Shown one piece after another: positions 1 to 9,262 of a stretch of 64,000 nucleotides of DNA. Made by a program: the position numbers and the translations under genes. This DNA comes from Anaerolineae bacterium (GTDB lineage Bacteria; Chloroflexota; Anaerolineae; UBA7937; B3-Chlor). How positions within the stretch are numbered: the stretch's first letter is position 1; each line of letters begins with the position of its first letter. Where the stretch lies: contig DAOUME010000022.1 in NCBI GenBank assembly GCA_034411995.1, positions 3,965 to 67,964 of the forward strand, written 5' to 3'. The notes beneath the pieces are model-generated. The model saw only the letters and a program-made list of their open reading frames with translations. It was not told where the DNA came from and searched no databases.

Positions 1-389
1 CTGACCCCTTGCCTCCCGTATGGGGACTAGCGAATCAACTGAAGCAAGTCTTCCTCAACATCATCATCAACGCCGTGGAAGCGATGCCTGGGGGAGGCGA
101 TCTGCACATCGATACGGATGGGGACGAAGAACGGGGCGAGGTAAGTGTGAGCTTCACCGACACGGGTGCGGGTATCCCCCTCTCGGAACTCGGCAACATC
201 TTCGATCCCTTCTTCACCTCAAAGCCCAAGGGTACGGGGCTCGGCCTTTCTATCAGCCACGGCATCATTGAGAGACACGGAGGGAGGATCGAGGTCAAGA
301 GCGAGGCCGGCAAAGGGTCCACGTTCACCGTACATCTTCCCACTCAGGCGCGGAGCCTACACGCGAACGCAATTTCTCCGGCTCGGTGA
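1..389 (+). CDS. sensor histidine kinase, C-terminal HATPase_c fragment (5' end outside window)
   Basis: ORF open to window edge; motifs NIIINAVEAM (N box), DTGAGI (G1), GTGLGLSISHGIIERHGG (G2). Confidence 0.85.
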   Translation, partial: DPLPPVWGLANQLKQVFLNIIINAVEAMPGGGDLHIDTDGDEERGEVSVSFTDTGAGIPLSELGNIFDPFFTSKPKGTGLGLSISHGIIERHGGRIEVKSEAGKGSTFTVHLPTQARSLHANAISPAR

Positions 390-430
390 GCAGCATGATC
401 CACGAGCGTTGCAGCACGAGCGCGCAGTTG

Positions 431-459
431 TTGACAACTGCGAGAAAAGGTGATATACT
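431..459 (+). promoter_or_regulatory. sigma70-type promoter of the Roadblock/MglA operon
   Basis: TTGACA (431-436), 17-nt spacer, TATACT (454-459) with TG at 451-452 (extended -10); about 140 nt upstream of ATG 598. Confidence 0.5.
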
Positions 460-527
460 ACACTGGCAAGGCCCTCGCGTCTGCAACCACGTTGGTCCCT
501 TGTCTTGCCGAGGGGAGTTAGTCAGCA

Positions 528-569
528 GGTCAGCTTCTGTGGAGATGGAATAGGGGGCTGGCCTTTTTT
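528..569 (+). terminator. leader hairpin plus T6 tract (possible attenuator inside the 5' UTR)
   Basis: GGTCAGC (528-534) pairs with GCTGGCC (557-563, one G-U), followed by TTTTTT (564-569), 29 nt before the start codon. Confidence 0.3.
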
Positions 570-597
570 GCATTCGGGTAGATGACGAGGGGAGGGC

Positions 598-1203
598 ATG
601 AGAAGACAGGCCGTTTCTTCACTGTCGGGGGAGTACCTGGAAGCCATCAGCAGGAGGCTGAAAGAACTGCTTGTCGATGCCGATGCGGCGTCCGTGGTCA
701 TGGTCGACACCATGGGCCAGGTCATCGCGCAGGCCGGAGAAGTCGGCGATCTCGACATCACCACCGTCGTTTCGCTCCTGGCAGCCAGCTTCGCCACCAC
801 CTCGGAAATGTCACGTCAATTGAAGGAGGCGCGCAGGACGTTCAACCTCACCTTCCACGAAGGAGAGAGGTATGACATCTATGCGTCCAACATCGCCAGC
901 GGTCTGTTCCTGGTCCTGATTTTCGACAGGCATGCCTATGCTCCCAAGATCGGGATGGTCTGGCTGTACATCAAGCGGAGCATTCAGGACCTGCTGCGCA
1001 TCGTGGCCGAGACAGACGCCGCAAGGCCCAAGGAGACCCTGACCTCTGACTTCGCCAAGTCCCTTAGCAGCGAGCTGGATAACCTCTTCCAGGATAGAAA
1101 AGCGCCAGCGCCACCGAGTGGCAAATGGGAGGAGGAACAGATGCAGGACCTGATCCGTTGGCGAACCAGAGGCCCGCAAGGGTCCACGAAAGGGGAGGGG
1201 TAG
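598..1203 (+). CDS. Roadblock/LC7 (MglB-like) domain protein with charged C-terminal tail
   Basis: Roadblock-like pattern VVMVDTMGQVIAQAG...YDIYASNIASGLFLVLIF; stop abuts next start (TAGATG). Confidence 0.7.
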   Translation: MRRQAVSSLSGEYLEAISRRLKELLVDADAASVVMVDTMGQVIAQAGEVGDLDITTVVSLLAASFATTSEMSRQLKEARRTFNLTFHEGERYDIYASNIASGLFLVLIFDRHAYAPKIGMVWLYIKRSIQDLLRIVAETDAARPKETLTSDFAKSLSSELDNLFQDRKAPAPPSGKWEEEQMQDLIRWRTRGPQGSTKGEG

Positions 1204-1893
1204 ATGCCGCTCGAGGGAAACCTGCGGGAGCTAAGCCTGACGAACATCATCCAGTTGAACTGCAACGAAATGAACACCGCCACAGTGGTTCTGATGCACG
1301 AAGGCAGGGAGGGCATCGTCTGCTTCTCAGATGGAGCGGTCGTGCACGCTGCCGTGGAGGACCTGGTCGGTGAGGAGGCTGTCTACGAACTCCTCGCCTG
1401 GCCGGACGGGTCTTTCGTCGTGCACCAGGGACAGGCGGCGCCGGAGAGAACCATCTCAGGCAATTGGAACACCCTTCTTCTCGAGGGTATTCGCCGACTG
1501 GATGAAGGCGAGAGCGTGACGTGGGACAAGGTGGAGGCGGAACCCGCCACGGCCTCATCCGATCAGGGTGATGACATGACCAGACTCGCTCACGATCTGA
1601 AGATGATAGGCGGTGTGGAAGGGACGGTCATCATCTCCCACGACGGAGTGGTCTTCGCCAGTGACATCGATGGCAACCCTGAGAAAGAGGGTGCGGTCGC
1701 TGTGTTCGTGGGCAATGCGGCCAAGGAAGCAGGGGAAATGATGGAGCTTGCCCCGTTCGACTGGGGACTGATTACCATGGGCAAAGACAGAATGCTGGTC
1801 ATGGAACGGCCCAGGTTCTTCGTCGGCCTGGCCTTGGGCGAGAAGGCGTCACCGGCCCTGGTGAGCGCCGAGGCAGCGAAAATTCTGGGATAG
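1204..1893 (+). CDS. DUF4388 (PATAN-type) plus Roadblock/LC7 fusion protein
   Basis: N-terminus GNLRELSLTNIIQLNC...GIVCFSDGAVVHA...AVYELLAWPDGSF (DUF4388-like); C-terminus VEGTVIISHDGVVFAS...MLVMERPRFFVGLAL (Roadblock-like). Confidence 0.7.
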   Translation: MPLEGNLRELSLTNIIQLNCNEMNTATVVLMHEGREGIVCFSDGAVVHAAVEDLVGEEAVYELLAWPDGSFVVHQGQAAPERTISGNWNTLLLEGIRRLDEGESVTWDKVEAEPATASSDQGDDMTRLAHDLKMIGGVEGTVIISHDGVVFASDIDGNPEKEGAVAVFVGNAAKEAGEMMELAPFDWGLITMGKDRMLVMERPRFFVGLALGEKASPALVSAEAAKILG

Positions 1894-1909
1894 AAACGGA
1901 GGGAGGCCC

Positions 1910-3070
1910 GTGGAACAACTCTTGGCTGACATCAATGCTGTGGCTGGCGTGAAGGGGTCCTTCGTATGCGACGTAGACGGCGCGATAGTGGCGCGAGCCC
2001 TACCCGCATCCCTCGATGAGACCAGAATCCTGCCTGCCGCTCGTACCATTCTGCAAACCATCGACGGATTGGAAACCACCAGACGGCGCAAGGTCCAGGA
2101 ATTGGACATACTCTTTCGCGACGCACGGATGGTCGTCAAGAACCTGCGTGTAGGCTGCCTGTACGTCGTCTGCGCGCGCAACATCAATGTCCCCCTGCTG
2201 AACTTGACGGCCAACCTGTCGGCGAAGAAGCTGGCCGAGATGCTGAAGGAGCCAGAGTCGGAAACCGCCGGCCCTCCAGCGGTAGCAGTGGCCGCGGAGA
2301 AAGCCGCAACGCTCGAGGAGGTCCCCACCGGAGACCCCTCCGTCTTGCTGCTGGCGCGGGCCCACGAGCTCATCGGCGCTGCCTCGCGGAGAGGTATCTG
2401 TCTGCGCCTCCTGGGAGGCATGGCCGTCAAGGCCACGTGTGGGAGCGCGGCCAGCATTTCCCTGCCACCGGAGGGACTCGACCTGGATCTCGCCGCCTAT
2501 GGCAAGGATCGCAAGCAACTGGAACTCGTCATGGAGGAGCTGGGTTATGATCCTCAGCGACGCTTCAACGCCCTGCACGGGCACAGACGCCTCAAGTACT
2601 TTAACGAGGAGCAGGGCCTTGGGCTGGACGTGTTCGTCGATACCTTCCACATGTGTCACCAACTGCCCTTCAGCGATCGCCTGGAGATGAGCGAGTTCAC
2701 GCTGCCCATGGCCGATCTGTTGCTGTCCAAGCTGCAGATAGTGCAGATGGGAGAGAATGACCTTAGAGACATCTACGCCATCTTATGTGATCACGAACTC
2801 GGGCACCTGGGAGACGTGGACAGCGTGGAAGCCAGCTACATCGGCTCCATCTGCAGCGATGACTGGGGCTGGTACAAGACGATCACCCTGAACCTGACCA
2901 AGAGTATAGAGTTGGTAGATGACTTCCTGGCAGACGAGGAGAGGGAGGTTTACGTATCCCGCGCCCGTCAACTCATGCAAGTCATCGAGGCGGTGCCCAA
3001 GTCGCTCCGCTGGCAGGCCAGGGCAAGGATTGGCGAGGCCAGGCGCTGGTACGACTTGCCTGAAGAGTAG
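1910..3070 (+). CDS. Roadblock/LC7 plus nucleotidyltransferase-like fusion protein
   Basis: N-terminus VKGSFVCDVDGAIVARA (Roadblock-like); C-terminal half has a Pol-beta-type NTase signature LLGGMAV...GLDLDLAAY; GTG start after GGAGGGAGG. Confidence 0.6.
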   Translation: MEQLLADINAVAGVKGSFVCDVDGAIVARALPASLDETRILPAARTILQTIDGLETTRRRKVQELDILFRDARMVVKNLRVGCLYVVCARNINVPLLNLTANLSAKKLAEMLKEPESETAGPPAVAVAAEKAATLEEVPTGDPSVLLLARAHELIGAASRRGICLRLLGGMAVKATCGSAASISLPPEGLDLDLAAYGKDRKQLELVMEELGYDPQRRFNALHGHRRLKYFNEEQGLGLDVFVDTFHMCHQLPFSDRLEMSEFTLPMADLLLSKLQIVQMGENDLRDIYAILCDHELGHLGDVDSVEASYIGSICSDDWGWYKTITLNLTKSIELVDDFLADEEREVYVSRARQLMQVIEAVPKSLRWQARARIGEARRWYDLPEE

Positions 3071-3094
3071 CGACCAACTGATGGAGATGGCAAG

Positions 3095-3577
3095 ATGCAG
3101 CATCTGAATCCCCCAGACGAGCTTTTCGTCCGCATGGATGACTGCCTCGAGCGGCTCCTCGATCGGAGCCGGGCAGTCTGCGTACTACTGGCCGACATCA
3201 GCGGACAGTTGATCGTACAAAGAGGCAAGGACACCAGATTGGACACCTCGGCGCTGGCAGCCGTCACCGCCAGCAACATGGCAGCGACCGAGGAGATGGC
3301 CAGGCAGATAGGTGAGCCTGCACCTTTTTCCTACCTCTTCCACGAGGGGACCAGGCGGAGCATCTACGTCTCGGCCGTCGGCAAGACTTTTCTGCTGGTG
3401 ATCGTCTTTGACGAGATGTCACAAGTGGGGTTGGTGCGCATCTTCGCCAGGCTCGCGGTGAACGAACTGCTGGAGGTCACCACCGAGCTCGAGCCCTGGT
3501 TGGAGAAGGCAGGTTCGGTGGTGGATCGCGACTTCGGTGGGGCACTGGCCGACCAACTGGACAAAGCGTTCATCTGA
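3095..3577 (+). CDS. Roadblock/LC7 domain protein
   Basis: VCVLLADISGQLIVQRG...SIYVSAVGKTFLLVIVF pattern; GGAG 8 nt upstream of ATG. Confidence 0.7.
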   Translation: MQHLNPPDELFVRMDDCLERLLDRSRAVCVLLADISGQLIVQRGKDTRLDTSALAAVTASNMAATEEMARQIGEPAPFSYLFHEGTRRSIYVSAVGKTFLLVIVFDEMSQVGLVRIFARLAVNELLEVTTELEPWLEKAGSVVDRDFGGALADQLDKAFI

Positions 3578-3613
3578 TCGAGAGGAACCACGGCCTTTGC
3601 CGTGGAGTGCACC

Positions 3614-4186
3614 ATGTTCGTCAACTGGAAGATGCGCGAGATCAACCTCAAAGTGGTGTACTACGGGCCGGCCCTCAGCGGCAAGACTACCAACCTGGAG
3701 TACATCTACAGCCGAACCAACCCAGAGCTCAGGGGAGAGCTCATCTCCCTCAAGACCCGCGGTGATCGCACGGTGTACTTCGATTTCATGCAGCTTGAGC
3801 TAGGGCGGATCAAGGGACTCAAGCCCAAGTTCAACCTCTACACCGTGCCCGGGCAGCCCTGCTACATAGCCAGTCGAAGACTGGTTCTCCAGGGTGCGGA
3901 CGGTGTGGTCTACGTGGCCGATTCCCAATTGAACCGACTCAAGGCCAACATAGATACGATGCGGAGCCTGCACCAGAACCTTCAGACCCTGGGGTTCGAT
4001 CCGCGCGACTTTCCCCTGGTGATGCAGTACAATAAGCGGGATCTGCCCAGCATAGCGCCCGTCGCCCTTCTGCGGATGCAGCTAGCCCACGACGGCGTCC
4101 CGCAGTTCCAATCGGTAGCCACCGAGGGCGTCGGCGTTCTGGAGACACTGAAGGCCGCCATCAACTTGGTAGTTTCCAGGCTGTAG
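3614..4186 (+). CDS. mglA: MglA-family Ras-like small GTPase
   Basis: P-loop YYGPALSGKTT, switch II TVPGQ (Thr instead of Asp, an MglA hallmark), NKRD; start moved to ATG 3614 to match MglA N-termini (MFVNWKMREINLKVVYYG). Confidence 0.85.
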   Translation: MFVNWKMREINLKVVYYGPALSGKTTNLEYIYSRTNPELRGELISLKTRGDRTVYFDFMQLELGRIKGLKPKFNLYTVPGQPCYIASRRLVLQGADGVVYVADSQLNRLKANIDTMRSLHQNLQTLGFDPRDFPLVMQYNKRDLPSIAPVALLRMQLAHDGVPQFQSVATEGVGVLETLKAAINLVVSRL

Positions 4187-4191
4187 GAAGA

Positions 4192-4572
4192 ATGCCCAAG
4201 ATACCCTTCGAAGAGACCCTGGAGAGAATCAACCGCGAAGGCAAGTTCGAGGCCTCGGTGCTCGCCACCCACGACGGCCTGCCCATCGCCACCGCACCCT
4301 CGGACTACGACACCGAGATCACGGCCGCCATGGTGGCCCTGCTGAGAAGTGCGGCACAGCAGACTCAGGTCCAGGTGGGATTGGCTGCGGTGGACGAAGT
4401 CTCCATCAGGTCCTCCGATCACATACGGCTGGTGTGCCGCTCTTTCCAGGTGGACGGCGAGGATTTCATCCTGGCGGTCGTGGTGCCCGCCGAGCAACGC
4501 TACTACAGGCAGCTCACCAACCGGGCGATCAAGGAGCTCAGAACAGCCTGGCGCGCCATGGTCCGGGCTTGA
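4192..4572 (+). CDS. Roadblock/LC7 domain protein in the MglB position
   Basis: ASVLATHDGLPIATA...EDFILAVVV pattern; starts 6 nt after the mglA stop. Confidence 0.7.
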   Translation: MPKIPFEETLERINREGKFEASVLATHDGLPIATAPSDYDTEITAAMVALLRSAAQQTQVQVGLAAVDEVSIRSSDHIRLVCRSFQVDGEDFILAVVVPAEQRYYRQLTNRAIKELRTAWRAMVRA

Positions 4573-5187
4573 CGGCCCGCGCACTCGACGAAGTTGCGGT
4601 ATCCGGGTGCACGCTGGATATCTCTCCGGTTTCTTCGTCCGTTCGAGGCCACTGGCGGGGATCCCGAGAGCAAGCCCGGCGCCGGACCGCCAGGACCACG
4701 GACTACCAGCCCGACTCGTCGTACCTGCCCCTGGCCGCAGCCAATCACACCAGGCAGACGTGCCTTCTTTCAGTCCGATCCTTCTCGCCCATGTAGCCCT
4801 CGCTGACGATCAGCATACGATTCTGGCACTGATCGTCTTCCTCGCACCTCGCTGGTCGGTTTTCGGATCGTGCGCCCCCTCCGCAGGGAAAGCGGAGTAG
4901 TGGTTGGGCTTCCACCCTCCTGGAAGCGAAGTCCCACGCGCCGCAACGGACACCCCCTCGTCTGGAGCGACGTGGGCGCGGCTCACGCTGGTCACCCTGA
5001 CGGGGAGTCGCAGAGGCTCCCCTTCACGGCCTGACGCCGAAGATGGCCCAGGGCTACCAGTTCCCGAAAGGGAGAGGTCCCCCGGTGTTCGACCGAGGGA
5101 CCTCTGGCGATGGCGTCTAGCCTTGAGTCTGGCAGCGCACCGCCACGGCGGATGCCCACGGCGCGCCTGGCGGTCTGAGCTTTTGCG

Positions 5188-5835
5188 TCACTCCCCCACC
5201 GCCGTCTCCGTGGCTCTCGGCGTGGAGACAGCACCAGGGGTGGCGGGCTCTGCGCTCACCGTCGGTCCCGGTGTATCGGTGGGTGTGGGCGTGGGTTTCT
5301 CGGGCGGCTCGCTGATCAGCCGCTCCAGATCCCCGATGGCGGAGGAGGCCACCAGATAGACTTCGCTGCCCCCTTCTCTTTGTACGTAACTGGAGTAACC
5401 AGCGGGGTTCTTGTTCCCGACCAGGAGTACCTGGCTGCCACCGTCTGCCAGGCCAACCTCCACGCGCAGGGCCGGTTCGGCGAGACCGAAGGCCTCCAGA
5501 TCCACATCCTCCCCCTCCACGACTCTCGTGGACTGCATCTGCGACAGGCTCCCCAGGAGCCCCTCAATCCGCGTCGCATCCGCCTCGGCCTCGAGAGGCG
5601 CGGTCAAACGCCACATCCCCTCCGCAAGCCTCCGGACCATCACCGATTCGCTGCTCCTCTGATCGGTCACCTCCAGCGTTACGGCGTCTTCCACTTCGAA
5701 AGAAAACACGGGTACTCTACCCTCTTCCTCGGGCGCCGTCTCCTGGCCGCCCCTCATCTCCAGCACGAAGACCAGTGCCGCCAGGACCACGAAGACGGCC
5801 ACCACTATGATCGTAGTTCGCTGGTGTAATCTCAT
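5188..5835 (-). CDS. DUF4340-like membrane-anchored protein
   Basis: Single N-terminal TM helix and Pro/Thr-rich tail; sits after the GldG-like gene as usual; ATG 5835 lies 5 nt after the upstream stop. Confidence 0.6.
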   Translation of the reverse strand: MRLHQRTTIIVVAVFVVLAALVFVLEMRGGQETAPEEEGRVPVFSFEVEDAVTLEVTDQRSSESVMVRRLAEGMWRLTAPLEAEADATRIEGLLGSLSQMQSTRVVEGEDVDLEAFGLAEPALRVEVGLADGGSQVLLVGNKNPAGYSSYVQREGGSEVYLVASSAIGDLERLISEPPEKPTPTPTDTPGPTVSAEPATPGAVSTPRATETAVGE

Positions 5836-5840
5836 CGCTG

Positions 5841-7373
5841 TTACCTTCGCCTCCACCAGACCACGGCGCCGACCAGCAGGATTGCCGCCGGCAAGAAGAT
5901 GACGCTGGAGTACTGCAAGAAACGAGCTTGCCCAGGGGACAGGACCAGGACGCGAGACACGGGCGGCTTCGGCCTTATGGAAATCAGCTCCTCTTCCTCA
6001 GCCAACCAGTTCACGCTATTGAGGAAGAGATCGCTGTTTCCTCCCAGCGTCAGGCTGGAGTTGCCGGCAAAATCCGAGTCTCCAAAGACCACCAGGCGCG
6101 TCCCCACGGTCGCCTCTCCTTCGCCCTGAGCCTCCACGCCCATGGCCATGGACAGCGGTCCCGCGGTGTCTGCGCCAACGTCGTACCGGGCTTCCTGCCG
6201 GCGCAGCGCCTCAAAGTCGGTTTCTCCCCAGCTCCCCTCACTGGATTCCACGAGGGCGAGCGCCGTCACCCCCTCCGGCTGCTCCACCGTGCGGGTAATC
6301 GACCTCGCCGTACTCAGCACCACGCCGGGCAAGTCCCGTGTGATTTCGCTGAACCGGAAGCTATCGACCACGGGCGACAGCGGATCGACGCCGAAAAGCC
6401 CTCGCTCAGGATCTATGACCACGTCATCCTCGTACTCCACACCCCACTCGCCCAGCACCTCGCTCAGGGCCGGTTCCTGCCCAGGTTCTTGCATGATCAG
6501 TGCCTTTCCCCCCTGCTGCAAGTAAGCGCTGATAGCCTCGCTCTCCTGCTCCAGCAAGGGAGTGCTGGGCGCCGCCACCACCAGGACAGATGCATCGACG
6601 GGAACGGTGCTGCTGATCGCCAGATTCAGCGTATTGACGACGTAGTTATCTCGCTCCAGGGCATCCCGGATCTCACTGTAGTCAGACTGATCGTACCCAC
6701 CCGGGTCGCGCTCACCGTGTCCGGTGAGGAAGTAGACGACCTTCTGCGAGTCTCGCGATACCTTCAGAAGGGCCCCGGTGATCTCCTGCTCGTCCACCGT
6801 CAAGCTGTCCTGTCTTCTCCCCGCGCACTCGAAGACGATCGTGCCGTATGACGTGATACCATACTGTTGAGCCACAAAGGGCTGCACGTCGGGATCCACG
6901 ACCTCATACGTGATCTTGTCCGTATGGTACACATACTCGGCCAGCAGGTCATCCAGTTCCTGCTGCGCGGGATCGCCCTGCACGAAGAAGGCCGTCACCT
7001 TCACAGGCTCAGTGAGATCAGACAAGATCTGCATCGTCTCAGGCGACAGCGTATAATCCTGAAACTCCGTCAGATCCAGACGTCGATGATGTCGATCCCC
7101 CAGGAAATTGAGGAGAACCAGTATGCCCAGGAAAGCTACGATGGCGATGCCAATGTTGGAGCCATACCTGGCCGCACGCCCAGTGATGGCAGACCTCAAG
7201 GCGTCCGGCCTGGCCGCCACGGACGCCACCAGCAGGATGGCACCCAGCCCCAACAACGCCTCCACGCGCAGGTCCAGCTCTTGGGTCAGTAGATACAGAA
7301 TCACCGCCAAGGTCAGAATAGCCAGCCCGGCGATGCCACCAGGAATAGCCAGGCGTTTCCACCAACCGCGCAT
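5841..7373 (-). CDS. GldG-like auxiliary component of an ABC-2 transport system
   Basis: N- and C-terminal TM helices; conserved VYFLTGHGE motif; abuts the ABC-2 permease. Confidence 0.75.
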   Translation of the reverse strand: MRGWWKRLAIPGGIAGLAILTLAVILYLLTQELDLRVEALLGLGAILLVASVAARPDALRSAITGRAARYGSNIGIAIVAFLGILVLLNFLGDRHHRRLDLTEFQDYTLSPETMQILSDLTEPVKVTAFFVQGDPAQQELDDLLAEYVYHTDKITYEVVDPDVQPFVAQQYGITSYGTIVFECAGRRQDSLTVDEQEITGALLKVSRDSQKVVYFLTGHGERDPGGYDQSDYSEIRDALERDNYVVNTLNLAISSTVPVDASVLVVAAPSTPLLEQESEAISAYLQQGGKALIMQEPGQEPALSEVLGEWGVEYEDDVVIDPERGLFGVDPLSPVVDSFRFSEITRDLPGVVLSTARSITRTVEQPEGVTALALVESSEGSWGETDFEALRRQEARYDVGADTAGPLSMAMGVEAQGEGEATVGTRLVVFGDSDFAGNSSLTLGGNSDLFLNSVNWLAEEEELISIRPKPPVSRVLVLSPGQARFLQYSSVIFLPAAILLVGAVVWWRRR

Positions 7374-8084
7374 CTACCTCCACCTCCTCAACTGCAACAT
7401 CTGTACCGACAAGAAGAGAAACCCAGCGGTAGCGCTGAGGTAGAAGATGACGTCTTTGGTATCCACGATACCCCTGAGGAAATCGAAGTAGTGAGCGGAC
7501 ATCGAAAGGTAAGCCACGACATCACCCACAGGAGGGCCAAAGAGGCTTCCTGCGACGTCCACCAGCCAGAGGATGAGCATCGCTCCAAAGGCCAGCAAGG
7601 CTGCCACTACCTGATTTCGACTCAAGGAAGACGTAAACAGCCCAATAGACAAGAACGTCGCCCCCAGCAACGCCAGACCCACATATCCGCCGATGATGGC
7701 ACCTCGATCGGGATTACCGAGGCTGATCATGAGGAGCGGGTAGTATAGAGTCAGGGCCAGCATGACCCCGTAGACACCCAGACCGGCCAGGAACTTGCCC
7801 AGGACCACCTCCCAGTCCCTGACGGGCAGGGTGAGCAACAACTCGATGGTGCCTGACCTCTGTTCTTCGGCCAACAGTCGCATGGTCAGCGCGGGGGTCA
7901 CGAACAGCAAGGTGACCGCCATGTTGGCAAAGACTCCCCTCAGCGAGGCCTCTCGGGTATAGTAGACGATCAGCGAGAAGAAGAACCCCATGATCGCCAG
8001 AAAGGCAGCGATCACCACGTAGGCGATGGGGGATGCAAAATAGGCGTGCAGCTCTTTGCGGGCGATGACGACCATGTTCCTCAT
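7374..8084 (-). CDS. ABC-2 family permease (GldF-like)
   Basis: Hydrophobic multi-TM protein between the ATPase and the GldG-like gene, with no intergenic gaps. Confidence 0.8.
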   Translation of the reverse strand: MRNMVVIARKELHAYFASPIAYVVIAAFLAIMGFFFSLIVYYTREASLRGVFANMAVTLLFVTPALTMRLLAEEQRSGTIELLLTLPVRDWEVVLGKFLAGLGVYGVMLALTLYYPLLMISLGNPDRGAIIGGYVGLALLGATFLSIGLFTSSLSRNQVVAALLAFGAMLILWLVDVAGSLFGPPVGDVVAYLSMSAHYFDFLRGIVDTKDVIFYLSATAGFLFLSVQMLQLRRWR

Positions 8085-9026
8085 TTAGGCAGCCTCCTCT
8101 CCCTTGTGCGCTTCCTCTTCCGTGGTCAACCTCAGGAAGATGTCTTCCAGCGTGAGCCCCAGCGGGCGCAGCTCCAGCAAGCCCCAACCCTGCTGAACCA
8201 CCAGAGAGGAGATCTCGGCACGGGGGTCCAGTCCGGCGCCGCACGCGACCACGTACTGGCCGTCTCCGCTGGTCTCCACGCCCGTCACACCCTCTATGGC
8301 GCCCACGAGTCTCACCACGTCTGGAGATGGATCCCGCACCTGAACCAGGACACGCCGAGCCTGCTCGAGCTTCGATCCCAACTCCTCGGGAGTGCCCTCA
8401 GCGGCTATCTCCCCCTCGTTGATGATCACCAACCGATTGCAGACCTCGCTGGCCTCGGGAAGGATGTGGGTACTGAGAATGACAGTGTGACTTCCTCCCA
8501 GACCCTTGATCAGTTGCCGCACCTCGCGGATCTGTCTGGGATCCAACCCGATGGTTGGCTCATCGAGGATGAGCACCTGGGGATCGTGGACCAGAGCCTG
8601 GGCCAACCCCACTCGCTGGCGATAGCCCTTGGAAAGTCTGCCGATCAAGGCGCCTGCGAAGTCGGTGAGATCGCACGTATCCATGATCTCCTCGATGCGC
8701 CGGCGACCATCGCTCACGTGGCGAATGCTGGCCACGAAGCTCAGGTACGAGGACACCGTCATCTCCGGGTAGAGAGGGACCATCTCGGGCATGTATCCGA
8801 TGCGCTTCCTCACCTCGAGAGAATCCTCCCAGACGTCGAACCCGGCGACGCGGGCCGTTCCAGCGCTGGGAGGCATGAAGGCAGTGAGAATGCGCATCGT
8901 GGTGGTCTTGCCCGCCGCGTTGGGACCCAGGAAAGCCAGGATCTCGCCGTCCTCGACTCGAAAACTCACGTCCTTGATCGCTGCGAAGCTCCCATAGTAC
9001 TTGGTGAGGCCCTCAACCTCTATCAT
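8085..9026 (-). CDS. ABC transporter ATP-binding protein (GldA-like)
   Basis: Walker A GPNAAGKTT, signature LSKGYRQRV, Walker B LILDEPT; start moved to ATG 9026 (GGAGGA RBS). Confidence 0.9.
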   Translation of the reverse strand: MIEVEGLTKYYGSFAAIKDVSFRVEDGEILAFLGPNAAGKTTTMRILTAFMPPSAGTARVAGFDVWEDSLEVRKRIGYMPEMVPLYPEMTVSSYLSFVASIRHVSDGRRRIEEIMDTCDLTDFAGALIGRLSKGYRQRVGLAQALVHDPQVLILDEPTIGLDPRQIREVRQLIKGLGGSHTVILSTHILPEASEVCNRLVIINEGEIAAEGTPEELGSKLEQARRVLVQVRDPSPDVVRLVGAIEGVTGVETSGDGQYVVACGAGLDPRAEISSLVVQQGWGLLELRPLGLTLEDIFLRLTTEEEAHKGEEAA

Positions 9027-9262
9027 CTTTATCCTCCACTGGTGCTGGCCAGTCCTCAAATAGAGTGAAAGCACAAGGCTCGGCTCTCCGTCGCGTCACC
9101 ATGTGCTTCCCACCATGCGTTCTGTCAGCGCCGATATTACGGCACAAGCGGCACAGTGTCAAGTCACCAACAACTCAGGGTACCTCCGTCCTTCGGGGCG
9201 ATGGTCGAAATAGTATGCCCACCGCGGTGCGGGGCATCGGCCGCTCCGGGTCATCAGGGATC

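Noticed and set aside
5073-5105. Hairpin with a GTTCGA loop, resembling a tRNA or tmRNA T-arm
   Set aside because: There is no acceptor stem, no anticodon arm and no CCA context. The loop and stem lengths do not fit a T-arm.
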